From: a virus
Direction: 5' to 3' (one strand)
Virus record (IMG/VR): IMGVR_UViG_3300012347_000211
Coordinates: 32,001 to 96,000 of that record
DNA: 64,000 bases
Position 1 is the first letter of the stretch; each line of letters starts with the position of its first letter. The notes under the pieces were generated by a model. It saw only the letters and a program-made list of their open reading frames with translations. It did no database searches and was not told where the DNA came from. The translations under genes were made by a program, and so were the position numbers. Shown piece after piece: positions 37,102-45,620 of the stretch.

Positions 37102-37747
37102 CTGTAGTGTTCCACTCTACGAGGACAGGATCTTGTTCTACATCTTGCAGGTCTTGGTGAGTCGTTGCTTGATCTACTAATCCCAGCAAACGGCGCTCGT
37201 TGTCGTACGCGTCTTGCACATGAGTATGAACTGCATCAGCAATGGTCTTAAAATCTTCCTTGGTTAGATCTATCCAACCCTCGCTGAATTTCCATGCTTT
37301 GTCGTTACCAAGAGCATAAAGGATAGCCCACTGATCACGATCTTCGCGCTTCGTTGAAACTCCGACATTGGTTCCTGATATCGCAACGGTAGTCCCTGAA
37401 CGCTCACGGTTCCAACGAGCATTAGCAATATGAGCTTTGTAGTTTGGTTTAGCGGCTTCCAACGGTAGCTCTGAAACTTCAAACCAATATTCAGCTACGT
37501 CGCTTGAGAAGTTCCAAAACGGGCCGGTGAGGGTTTCTGATAGTGGGTGGTACGATGGACGTGCGCGCTCAATGGCCGCCATAATCTTTGCGGAAGACCC
37601 AATATTGATAGGATCATTGTCGAATTTGCTCTGTGGAAGTACTGCCACTATATTCAACTCTTGTTGAATCTCTGACTGAAATACGTTGCGGTTCCATGAC
37701 GATGGCCCCCATATCACTTGGCCATTATTTACTAGAATGTATTGCAT
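37088..37747 (-). CDS. DUF4376-like tail-fibre-associated protein
   Basis: 'IANARWNRERSG...WKF..GWI.LT...IADAV..HVQ.AYD.E' pattern. Confidence 0.6.
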   Translation of the reverse strand: MQYILVNNGQVIWGPSSWNRNVFQSEIQQELNIVAVLPQSKFDNDPINIGSSAKIMAAIERARPSYHPLSETLTGPFWNFSSDVAEYWFEVSELPLEAAKPNYKAHIANARWNRERSGTTVAISGTNVGVSTKREDRDQWAILYALGNDKAWKFSEGWIDLTKEDFKTIADAVHTHVQDAYDNERRLLGLVDQATTHQDLQDVEQDPVLVEWNTTDVQL

Positions 37748-37761
37748 GTTTATTTCCTAAA

Positions 37762-40700
37762 TTATTTTACGTATTCGAGCGCAAATGTGGTGCCGCTGGA
37801 GCCTAGACTTACTTGTCTCCAGTTTGTTCCACCAGCTACTGTTTGAACAGGGCTAGATCTGTTTGTTATGGTGTTGTCGCCAAGTTGGCCAAGATTATTA
37901 GCCCCCCACATCCACATTGTACCATCGATCTTAACTGCGCCTGTAGTACCGCTGATTGTCGATACCTGCTTCCAGTTAGTGCCTCCAGTTATAGTTTGGA
38001 CAGGGCTCGATCTACTTATTGTGGTGTTGTCGCCAAGTTGTCCGAATGCATTCCAACCCCATGTCCAAAGCGTGCCGTCTGTTTTAATAGCAGCTATGCT
38101 CGAGCCAGATGATACCTGTTTCCAGTTATTGCCGCCAGCTATTGTTTGGTTCGGACTTGATCTATTTATTGTTGTGCCGTCGCCGAGCGCACCATTTGTG
38201 TTGTACCCCCATGTCCAAAGCGTGCCGTCTGTTTTAATGGCTGCTGTGTTGTATTCAGACATACTCACCACCATCCAGTTTGTTCCACCAGCTACTGTTT
38301 GAATAGGGCTAGATTTGTGTGTTATGGTGTTGTCGCCAAGTTGGCCATATGCATTATACCCCCATATCCATAGAGTACCGTTAGTCTTAATTGCTGCTGT
38401 TGATCCGCCACTACAACTAACTTGCTTCCAGTCAGTGCCACCAGCTATGGTCTGAACAGGACTAGACTTTCTGGCAACTGTACCATCACCAATTCCCCCA
38501 AAGAAGTTGTATCCCCAACACCACAACGTGCCGTCCCCCTTGATCGCTGCAGACGCCCAGCCAGAGGAGCTCGCTCGCTTCCAGTCGTTGCCCGCAGCAA
38601 TCGTTTGTATGGGGCTAGACTTGTTGACGACTGTATTGTCAGCAAGTTGGCCGTCGGAGTTCAACCCCCAATTCCACAGAGTGCCGTCTGATTTAATTGC
38701 GAGCGTTGAGTGTAACCCACCTTCTACTCGCCTCCAGTTTGTTCCACCAGCTACTGTTTGAACAGGGCTAGATCTGTGTGTTATGGTGTTATCACCCGCA
38801 GCGCCACGGTCGTTGGCCCCCCAGGCCCACAATCTACACTCATTACTCAGCGGGTAGCTGTAGTATTGCTCGAATTCGGTAACAGGAATGAATTCTTCGT
38901 TCGGATTGAATCCGAGAGGATTAGAAGTATTCCACCATCCCTTTGCATCATTGGTCATTGTGCCTGCTCGCAATGCAATTGTGGTTTCGAACCCTACAGC
39001 GACTTCGGCCCACCCAGCTCCCGCCGCAACGTTTTGCTGCGGGCTTGTTTTTGACGTCGTTGTTCCGTCGCCGTGCTGACCATTACTATTGGATCCCCAT
39101 GCCCATAGTGTACCGTCGGTTTTAACCGCAGCGAAGAAACTGCTACCCGTAGCAACCTGCTTCCAATTAGTACCCTTGGCGATTGTCTGAACAGGACTCG
39201 ATTTGGAAACGAATGAGCCGTCACCGAGGTATCCACTATCGTTGTATCCCCATACCCATAGTGTGCCATCTGTCTTAACAGCTGCAGCCCTATATGATCC
39301 GTGAGCCGATACTTGTTTCCAGTTCGTACCACCCGCGACGGTCTGTGTAGGTGATGATTCATATGTAGTAGAATTGGTGCCGAGTTGGCCATATGTGTTA
39401 TTACCCCATACCCACAACGTACCATCAGTCTTGATCGCTGTGGCCCAGCCGTCAGCAAGAGATATTTGCTTCCAGGTAGTGCCTCCGCCTGTAACTTGAA
39501 TTGGACTAGATGCTAATCCTTGTCCAACAGTTGACCCCCAAGTCCACAGTGTACCATCAGTCTTGATCGCTGCTGTTGCTAGTGTGGCAACAGATACGCT
39601 GCTCCACGTTCCGCCTGATACAATCTGCACTGGACTCAGTCGAGTGGAGGTTGTGTTGTCTCCCAACTCACCATACTCGTTGCGGCCCCATAACCACAAC
39701 GTACCATCAGTCTTGATAGCGGCAGCATGATCTCGTGCTAAGTCGACACTTCTCCAGTTATATCCCTTAGAGATGGTCTGGATAGGGCTGGATCGGTTGG
39801 TAGGCGATCCGTCGCCGGTAATGCCAAAGTCACCTGACCCCCACAACCACAATGTACCATCAGCTTTGATGCCTGCGTGCGTACGTCCAGTACCAGCAAC
39901 AGAAACCCAATTGGCGCCGCCTGCAATCGTCTGGACAGGGCTAGATTTCTCTATTGTTGTACCGTCACCGAGTTGTCCAAGGTTATTGCGGCCCGCCACC
40001 CAAATTCTCGAATCGATCGGTGACGCGGTAGTTCCATACGGCCCAAATCCATCTGGCCTCGACGCAGGTGTTATGGATTTGCTCGTTGTAGGGTAAGCGT
40101 TGGTTGTTAGGTTAAACGGAACTATCGATTGTCCAATAACGGCCGTTGATACTGCCGTGGAAGGATATAGGTTCGCCTGATAGTGTAGTCTGATATCCCA
40201 TTTATCGCCGCTACTAGAAGTAGCAATATATGTATCACCGATGGCAGTAAACACTCCATCGTTCCACACAACACTCTTCCATGTATCTGCATACAGTTGG
40301 ATAGGATTCTGATTGACAATGGATTGGATGTATTGGTTAGGGTGGGCAGTATCGACCTCCACTAATCCGTCCGCTCTCAATATTACAACAGGGTACGGTG
40401 CTTCAGCCGGCACAGCAACACCAACGATTTGATTATTGGATGATGCGCTCACTCGAGCTAGATTGGTAGTCGTGCTTATTCCGACGTTTGCGTCTACGGT
40501 AGCACACCACCTGATCATATCTCCAGTCGACTTACCGACTGTGACAAACCAACCGCCGCCGCCAACGGGCTTCGTGAATCCAACGGCCTCTGTGGTATCT
40601 ACAATATCACCAAGAGTGTCTTGGGCTAGTGGTTTACCTTGATCGCTCACTGCGGTACCGAGGTAGTAGTTGCTGATACTGACCTCGGACCCTGGTACAA

Positions 40701-42666
40701 CTTTGCACCTAGTAACAATCGTATCTGTTGTTGATGTTGTATCCCATGGGCGTGTAGCGGAGATAGTACCCACGCCTGATTGATACCCGACCGTGTTGGC
40801 TGAAATGCTGCTTACCAGATTTGCTGCAAGCTTTTCTGTCATTCCCAAGAATGTTTGAGGAAGTAGCTGATTGCGCCACAACCCGTTAGCTGGATTTTCA
40901 GAATAGATGACACCAACTTTACCGCTAGTATCGTATACCAGATGGAAAAATCCTGTTCCTGGCATCGACGCCATAGGCTTGTTTGACTGGACCGAGAATA
41001 TGTTATACGATGTAGGTAGATGCGATACACCTCTATTCCATGCAGTATTTGGGGTAGGCAAGGTCATTACCCCACCTTGGTTGCTTGGAATTAACAACAC
41101 AGATGAAGTCGTAGCGTTTGCTCCTATAGCAACACTAGAGATGTTGGCGGTATTAGCGGGTCTGTCGATGAATCCATCGGACGGACGCGATGTATGAGAA
41201 AACACCCTCGACCACCATGGTCCGGATGAAGGCAGCAGTCCGTCTCTCCTGGTCCATGTCGCTGTTGTATTGGCCGTGCATGTGTAGAATGACGTAGAGA
41301 AGTTTCCAGCAATTGCAACAAACTCATCTGTAGGGGCGTGGTACACAACATCACTCCAATATAGTGCTGTGGTTGTGTTGCCCACTGCCACAGAGGCCCA
41401 CGTCTGTCCTCCATCTACGGATCTAGCAAAAATGGCCGAGTTGGTGGCCGGGTCATTAGACTTAGATACAGCAATGACGACGTTTGCGTTTTGTGGAGTG
41501 TATCCTGGAACAGTTGATACTGTAACCAACTTGTCCCAATAGTGTTTGGATGTATTCGCCAATGCTGGAAGTGCTACTGGTGAACTCCATGTACCATATG
41601 TGTTGTTTGACCCATATGGTTTTGTTATAACATATCCTGGCACGACTGTTGGAAAGCTCGGATTAGGAGTGCGCATCATTGCGATACTTCTGCGCGTACC
41701 AGCATTGTATACAGCAGACGCGAACGATGTTGCGTTCGCAGTGTTTGGTATAGAAACTGTGCTGAAGGTGCTGAGTTTGTTGTTCGCAAAATCATACTTA
41801 GCATACGCCAATATGTGTGCATTAGCGCCCTGGAACGTACCTGTAGACGGAAACATCGTCATCCACAAATCTGTTCCCGTCCCGTCATATTCGTCTGTAA
41901 TCATATCCACAAATCCAGCAACGTGGGTGGATTGATCTACTGGGATAGTGTAACCTGTACCTGGTCGCAACCAATTGCTCGATCCGATATTGTTGCTGCT
42001 GATTCCTGTATACGCATACATTATGGAAAGAGGGTACGAGCTGGACGCACGAACAATATACAACTCACCTACGATCGGAGATGGAAAAATATTAACGTTG
42101 TATTTAATGCTATCGATAACTGCGCCACTTAGCGCCCCGTTAGCATTAATGCCAGAGTAACTGATAGAGTATGGAGGAGACACGTGCAGCTCATTAGCTC
42201 CCGTGTTACTATTATATCCTAGGATTACTACTGTATTTTGAGTGGCCGTGTTTACTGTCGAGTTGCCAACTGCCCCGAATGTGACACATGCGTCGATCGG
42301 AATGAACCCATCAGGAACGCTCGATTCCCTATTCATTAAAGACAGATACCCCTGTTCAAACGTGAACTTTGGATCTGACGCCCCGCCAGGTACAAACCCA
42401 GCGCTCATGCCAACATAGTTTACTCGAGGAGCCTTACCGTCTACTTGGTAGTCATATGCAACGCCGAGTGTGGAAGTTCCATACAGAAGAGGAGCTGGAC
42501 CGACTGTATTGGAAGCTGCTGCTACAGATCCAAACAACGAGGTGAACGATTGAGGGATGTCCACATTATAGCTTACACCCACACCACCAACTACCGAAAT
42601 TCCTGAGTTAGGAAACGGGGTTGGTGTATTGGAAATAGTGAAGCCACCAGTTGAGATTCTTGCCAT
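37762..42666 (-). CDS. Large protein with N-terminal BNR/beta-propeller-like region and two C-terminal RCC1 propellers
   Basis: About 14 RCC1 repeats in two blocks in the C-terminal half; Asp-box 'SVDGGQTW'. Confidence 0.8.
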   Translation of the reverse strand: MARISTGGFTISNTPTPFPNSGISVVGGVGVSYNVDIPQSFTSLFGSVAAASNTVGPAPLLYGTSTLGVAYDYQVDGKAPRVNYVGMSAGFVPGGASDPKFTFEQGYLSLMNRESSVPDGFIPIDACVTFGAVGNSTVNTATQNTVVILGYNSNTGANELHVSPPYSISYSGINANGALSGAVIDSIKYNVNIFPSPIVGELYIVRASSSYPLSIMYAYTGISSNNIGSSNWLRPGTGYTIPVDQSTHVAGFVDMITDEYDGTGTDLWMTMFPSTGTFQGANAHILAYAKYDFANNKLSTFSTVSIPNTANATSFASAVYNAGTRRSIAMMRTPNPSFPTVVPGYVITKPYGSNNTYGTWSSPVALPALANTSKHYWDKLVTVSTVPGYTPQNANVVIAVSKSNDPATNSAIFARSVDGGQTWASVAVGNTTTALYWSDVVYHAPTDEFVAIAGNFSTSFYTCTANTTATWTRRDGLLPSSGPWWSRVFSHTSRPSDGFIDRPANTANISSVAIGANATTSSVLLIPSNQGGVMTLPTPNTAWNRGVSHLPTSYNIFSVQSNKPMASMPGTGFFHLVYDTSGKVGVIYSENPANGLWRNQLLPQTFLGMTEKLAANLVSSISANTVGYQSGVGTISATRPWDTTSTTDTIVTRCKVVPGSEVSISNYYLGTAVSDQGKPLAQDTLGDIVDTTEAVGFTKPVGGGGWFVTVGKSTGDMIRWCATVDANVGISTTTNLARVSASSNNQIVGVAVPAEAPYPVVILRADGLVEVDTAHPNQYIQSIVNQNPIQLYADTWKSVVWNDGVFTAIGDTYIATSSSGDKWDIRLHYQANLYPSTAVSTAVIGQSIVPFNLTTNAYPTTSKSITPASRPDGFGPYGTTASPIDSRIWVAGRNNLGQLGDGTTIEKSSPVQTIAGGANWVSVAGTGRTHAGIKADGTLWLWGSGDFGITGDGSPTNRSSPIQTISKGYNWRSVDLARDHAAAIKTDGTLWLWGRNEYGELGDNTTSTRLSPVQIVSGGTWSSVSVATLATAAIKTDGTLWTWGSTVGQGLASSPIQVTGGGTTWKQISLADGWATAIKTDGTLWVWGNNTYGQLGTNSTTYESSPTQTVAGGTNWKQVSAHGSYRAAAVKTDGTLWVWGYNDSGYLGDGSFVSKSSPVQTIAKGTNWKQVATGSSFFAAVKTDGTLWAWGSNSNGQHGDGTTTSKTSPQQNVAAGAGWAEVAVGFETTIALRAGTMTNDAKGWWNTSNPLGFNPNEEFIPVTEFEQYYSYPLSNECRLWAWGANDRGAAGDNTITHRSSPVQTVAGGTNWRRVEGGLHSTLAIKSDGTLWNWGLNSDGQLADNTVVNKSSPIQTIAAGNDWKRASSSGWASAAIKGDGTLWCWGYNFFGGIGDGTVARKSSPVQTIAGGTDWKQVSCSGGSTAAIKTNGTLWIWGYNAYGQLGDNTITHKSSPIQTVAGGTNWMVVSMSEYNTAAIKTDGTLWTWGYNTNGALGDGTTINRSSPNQTIAGGNNWKQVSSGSSIAAIKTDGTLWTWGWNAFGQLGDNTTISRSSPVQTITGGTNWKQVSTISGTTGAVKIDGTMWMWGANNLGQLGDNTITNRSSPVQTVAGGTNWRQVSLGSSGTTFALEYVK
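37819..38790. repeat. Near-identical nucleotide copies within the RCC1 repeats
   Basis: CCAGTTTGTTCCACCAGCTACTGTTTGAA.AGGGCTAGAT.TGT.TGTTATGGTGTT at 37819, 38275 and 38734. Confidence 0.8.
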
Positions 42667-42670
42667 ATGT

Positions 42671-42717
42671 CGGTTTCAGGAAAAGTTTAATCTGTGTATT
42701 TATATTTCCTGAAACCG
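42671..42717 (-). promoter_or_regulatory. 13-bp perfect inverted repeat enclosing late promoter TATAAATA (42697-42704)
   Basis: CGGTTTCAGGAAA (42671-42683) and TTTCCTGAAACCG (42705-42717); 4 nt from the ATG at 42666. Confidence 0.75.
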
Positions 42718-42722
42718 TATAA

Positions 42723-44159
42723 TCACTGGGTCAGCTTGGTCAACTCCGCAAGTGGCTCTGCCCAGGTACGTGGCTTTTGTTGGCGCAGGATGGTCACATG
42801 ATCGCCATACCACGGACTAACACTTCCGGAATGCGACCACACATAGTATGCTGAGATCGGAATCATTGCATATGTTTTCTTGCCAATTGCAGCAGCAGCG
42901 TGCAATACAGACGTGCAAGACGTGATTACGAAATCCATATTCTCGATTGCGCCAAGCGTGTCTTCCCATGAGTTGAGTTGGCCGGACATATCAATAATGC
43001 CAGGAAAATCTTTCAACTCATCGAGTCCTGTGTCTTTTTGAATCGAGTAGAAGTCAGCATCGATGTGCTTCACCGCTTCGTATAGGTCCTTGAGACGGAA
43101 CGACCTATGCAGATCATGGTCATATGCTGGATTGCCCTGCCAACGGATAGCAATCTTTTTGCGACCATTGCTCTTCTGAACGTTGATGGCTTGGCCTTTC
43201 ACATATTCAGGATCAGCTTTCAAATACGGACCGTGCCATAGATCCTCATACTCCAACCCCATCACGATAGGGATGTGCATCGACTGAGCGTAGAATACTT
43301 CACCGGATTCTTCTATCTGCGTCAGAGACGTGATGGTATCGACGCCGTTACGAGCAAACACTTCCAGCAGATCTTTGCGTTCGTTGTATGAATTGAACCA
43401 GTATGGACGCATTCCCAATTTGCGAATGTGGTCAACGAATCTGACGTTGATAATCTCATCACCGATTCCAGCTTCTGCGTGCAAGATAACAGGACGGCCA
43501 GGATATGCCTTACCATCCCATTTGGTGTATGTGTTCTTTCCTTTGCGGTTGTTTTCTGCATCAAACTTCAACGCATTGTCTCGTGCAAAGATGGACTCGG
43601 TGTTCCAGATCTTCATCTTAGCACCCTCTTCTAAGAAGAGTCGCATTCCTTCTTGGAATTTGTCGCGATAGAGAAAGTATGTACCTAAGTTGAATTTAAT
43701 CTTGTTGGTCGTCTCGTCACTGAGATCGGGAGCGGTGGTTAGCACATGAGTCAAGATAGATTCAGCGTTATCCTTCTCATTCAATAAGAAGTACGAGTAG
43801 GCTTTTTCCAATTGATTGTCAACATCGTTTGGAATTACCTTCTCGTTTTGGAGAATGTATCTCATTGCCTTCTCAGGATAGTTGGCGTGGTTGTAGACGT
43901 TGATTAGGTTAGTCCTTGCGACGTACGCCATTTGAGGACTGCCAGCAAGAGTCAGAGTATGTTCGCTGTACTTCATTGCTTTGTCGTAGTGCTTCAGGTC
44001 GAAGTAGCACTTGGCTACATTATCATATTGGGCATAATTCTGAGCACGCTTGGCGAATTCATCAACAACTTCGAGAGCAAGGTCTTTACGACCAAAATGA
44101 TTGAGCGTAGCGACGAACGGTGATAGGTCGTTCATTCCTTGTGGTTCTTTGGTACTCAT
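42723..44159 (-). CDS. TPR-repeat glycosyltransferase (GT-B, GT9/FlbA-like)
   Basis: N-terminal TPR-like helices; 'HAEAGIGDEI...RF', 'W.GNP', 'YSIQK', 'WEDT..AI..MDFVITSCTSVLHAAAAIGK', 'SPWY...LRQ'. Confidence 0.8.
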   Translation of the reverse strand: MSTKEPQGMNDLSPFVATLNHFGRKDLALEVVDEFAKRAQNYAQYDNVAKCYFDLKHYDKAMKYSEHTLTLAGSPQMAYVARTNLINVYNHANYPEKAMRYILQNEKVIPNDVDNQLEKAYSYFLLNEKDNAESILTHVLTTAPDLSDETTNKIKFNLGTYFLYRDKFQEGMRLFLEEGAKMKIWNTESIFARDNALKFDAENNRKGKNTYTKWDGKAYPGRPVILHAEAGIGDEIINVRFVDHIRKLGMRPYWFNSYNERKDLLEVFARNGVDTITSLTQIEESGEVFYAQSMHIPIVMGLEYEDLWHGPYLKADPEYVKGQAINVQKSNGRKKIAIRWQGNPAYDHDLHRSFRLKDLYEAVKHIDADFYSIQKDTGLDELKDFPGIIDMSGQLNSWEDTLGAIENMDFVITSCTSVLHAAAAIGKKTYAMIPISAYYVWSHSGSVSPWYGDHVTILRQQKPRTWAEPLAELTKLTQ

Positions 44160-44701
44160 GGCTTCACCACCACCAATTTAATACGAAGGTCGCTGTATAC
44201 GTTGTTGATCTGCTTGGACATTTGGTGTAGTTGCTCGTACTTGCCTTGCGCAGCTAGTTCAGCATAGTCCTGATCTACTACAAAGTCGTACTCAAGAATC
44301 TCAAAGTCAACATCACAGAACAATCCAAACCCAGATGATGAGTTGTGATGTTCGATGTGCCACTCGTTATACTTCTTGCTGAACTTGCGCAACATCTCGA
44401 TAGTGATCGGACGGCGGTGAGTAGGATCACCGAAGAAGTTTTCGTGGCGGTGGTGTGGGACTTCGATGTCAATGATTGCACCATCTTTACAGATACGGTA
44501 CAGCTCTTTCATAAAGTCCAAGAACCCTTCACCAATGTGCTCAAAAATATGATGAGCCTTTACCTCATCCACCGAAGAGTCTTCGAGCGGAAACTTATCC
44601 GTCTCTATATTCATCACGATATCAGGATTCGTTGATGCGTCTAGGTCGACGTTCAGGAACCCCTCGAATTTTTTAAAGCCGCCACCAATATTAATTTTCA
44701 T
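44156..44701 (-). CDS. Class I SAM-dependent methyltransferase (type 11-like)
   Basis: 'INIGGG', 'NVD', 'HIFEHI', 'ELYRICK.G', 'DPTH'. Confidence 0.8.
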   Translation of the reverse strand: MKINIGGGFKKFEGFLNVDLDASTNPDIVMNIETDKFPLEDSSVDEVKAHHIFEHIGEGFLDFMKELYRICKDGAIIDIEVPHHRHENFFGDPTHRRPITIEMLRKFSKKYNEWHIEHHNSSSGFGLFCDVDFEILEYDFVVDQDYAELAAQGKYEQLHQMSKQINNVYSDLRIKLVVVKP

Positions 44702-45557
44702 ACTTTATCACCGTATACATTGTGTTATTTTGTTTTACCCATTCGTCTAGGTATTCTTTAACATCAGGTCTCATTGGACCGTCAATCTCTATCACTTTCA
44801 AGAACTGCCCCTGCGGAGAATTCTCTACTGATATCATCACGCCACTCTCTGTTGGCTTCAACCATTCCTCAATGATTCCCTGCGACCATGCGCATTGATA
44901 CTTCCTACATGTTTCAGGGCGTGTCTCGTATGTAGTACACTTCTTTTCCTGCAAATAGAAACACTTCTGCTTGTTGCCGAATGGTTTGCCAAACGCTTCG
45001 CCTATCAGATGACCTTCGCAACACAGAGTGCAATCGCCGCATGGCCTCATTTTGATCGGTGTGTTGTCTTTTGCAGTAAGTCTGTATACCTGTATCATAC
45101 CATCATTCACAGAATGGAACAACCAGGGCCTGAAGATGATTCCTTCGTTTGGGCCAAGCTGGATATTGGTAGTCAGGTCCCAATCGAATAGGTTGTTGTA
45201 GTTGAGTCGGTACTCATCTAATGCGCTCCTGGCGCCACTCTTATGATTGAAGAAATTGACTGTTGTGCTTCTTGGGTCTAGGTTTATTAAGAAGATCCAG
45301 TCACCAGGTGTGCTGAAACTTTCAAAATGAATTCCGTATCTTGGGCGTCTGAAAACTCCAGACAGGTCATCTACAACAACCACGTCCTGAGCAAGCATCT
45401 TGCTGAATATCGGGTCGAGTCCTTGGATCACGTGGTTAAAGTTATCTACTTCGTCGCCATGCTCTTTGGGGACAAAGGGAAGACTGAGCGCTAAGTTGTA
45501 TAGCGTGTCTACATCTTGCGGTGCAAAGAAGTCATCTGCATGCAATAGTTTAATCAT
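44691..45557 (-). CDS. Fusion of a 2OG-Fe(II) oxygenase-like (DUF6445-like) domain and a YkgJ/CxxCxxCC cysteine-cluster domain
   Basis: 'ADDFF', 'IHFE', 'WLFHS'; C-terminal 'CGDCTLCC...C...CTTYETRPETCRKYQC'. Confidence 0.6.
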   Translation of the reverse strand: MIKLLHADDFFAPQDVDTLYNLALSLPFVPKEHGDEVDNFNHVIQGLDPIFSKMLAQDVVVVDDLSGVFRRPRYGIHFESFSTPGDWIFLINLDPRSTTVNFFNHKSGARSALDEYRLNYNNLFDWDLTTNIQLGPNEGIIFRPWLFHSVNDGMIQVYRLTAKDNTPIKMRPCGDCTLCCEGHLIGEAFGKPFGNKQKCFYLQEKKCTTYETRPETCRKYQCAWSQGIIEEWLKPTESGVMISVENSPQGQFLKVIEIDGPMRPDVKEYLDEWVKQNNTMYTVIKYEN

Positions 45558-45568
45558 TCATCACTCCA

Positions 45569-45602
45569 TAAAAAAAGGTGCTGTCCTTTCGGAGCAGCAC
45601 CT
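45569..45602 (-). terminator. Rho-independent terminator after the structural gene
   Basis: Minus strand AGGTGCTG-ctccgaaagga-CAGCACCT-TTTTTTAT. Confidence 0.85.
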
Positions 45603-45603
45603 G

Positions 45604-45611
45604 TATTTATA
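45604..45611 (-). promoter_or_regulatory. Late promoter TATAAATA, positioned to drive the oxygenase-methyltransferase-GT cassette
   Basis: Exact consensus immediately 5' of the terminator stem. Confidence 0.7.
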
Positions 45612-45620
45612 ACAAGCTGA

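Noticed and set aside
37762-39950. Possible diversity-generating retroelement TR/VR pair or CRISPR-like array
   Set aside because: The repeats are in-frame protein repeats within one ORF; no reverse transcriptase, non-coding template or cas gene is in the window.
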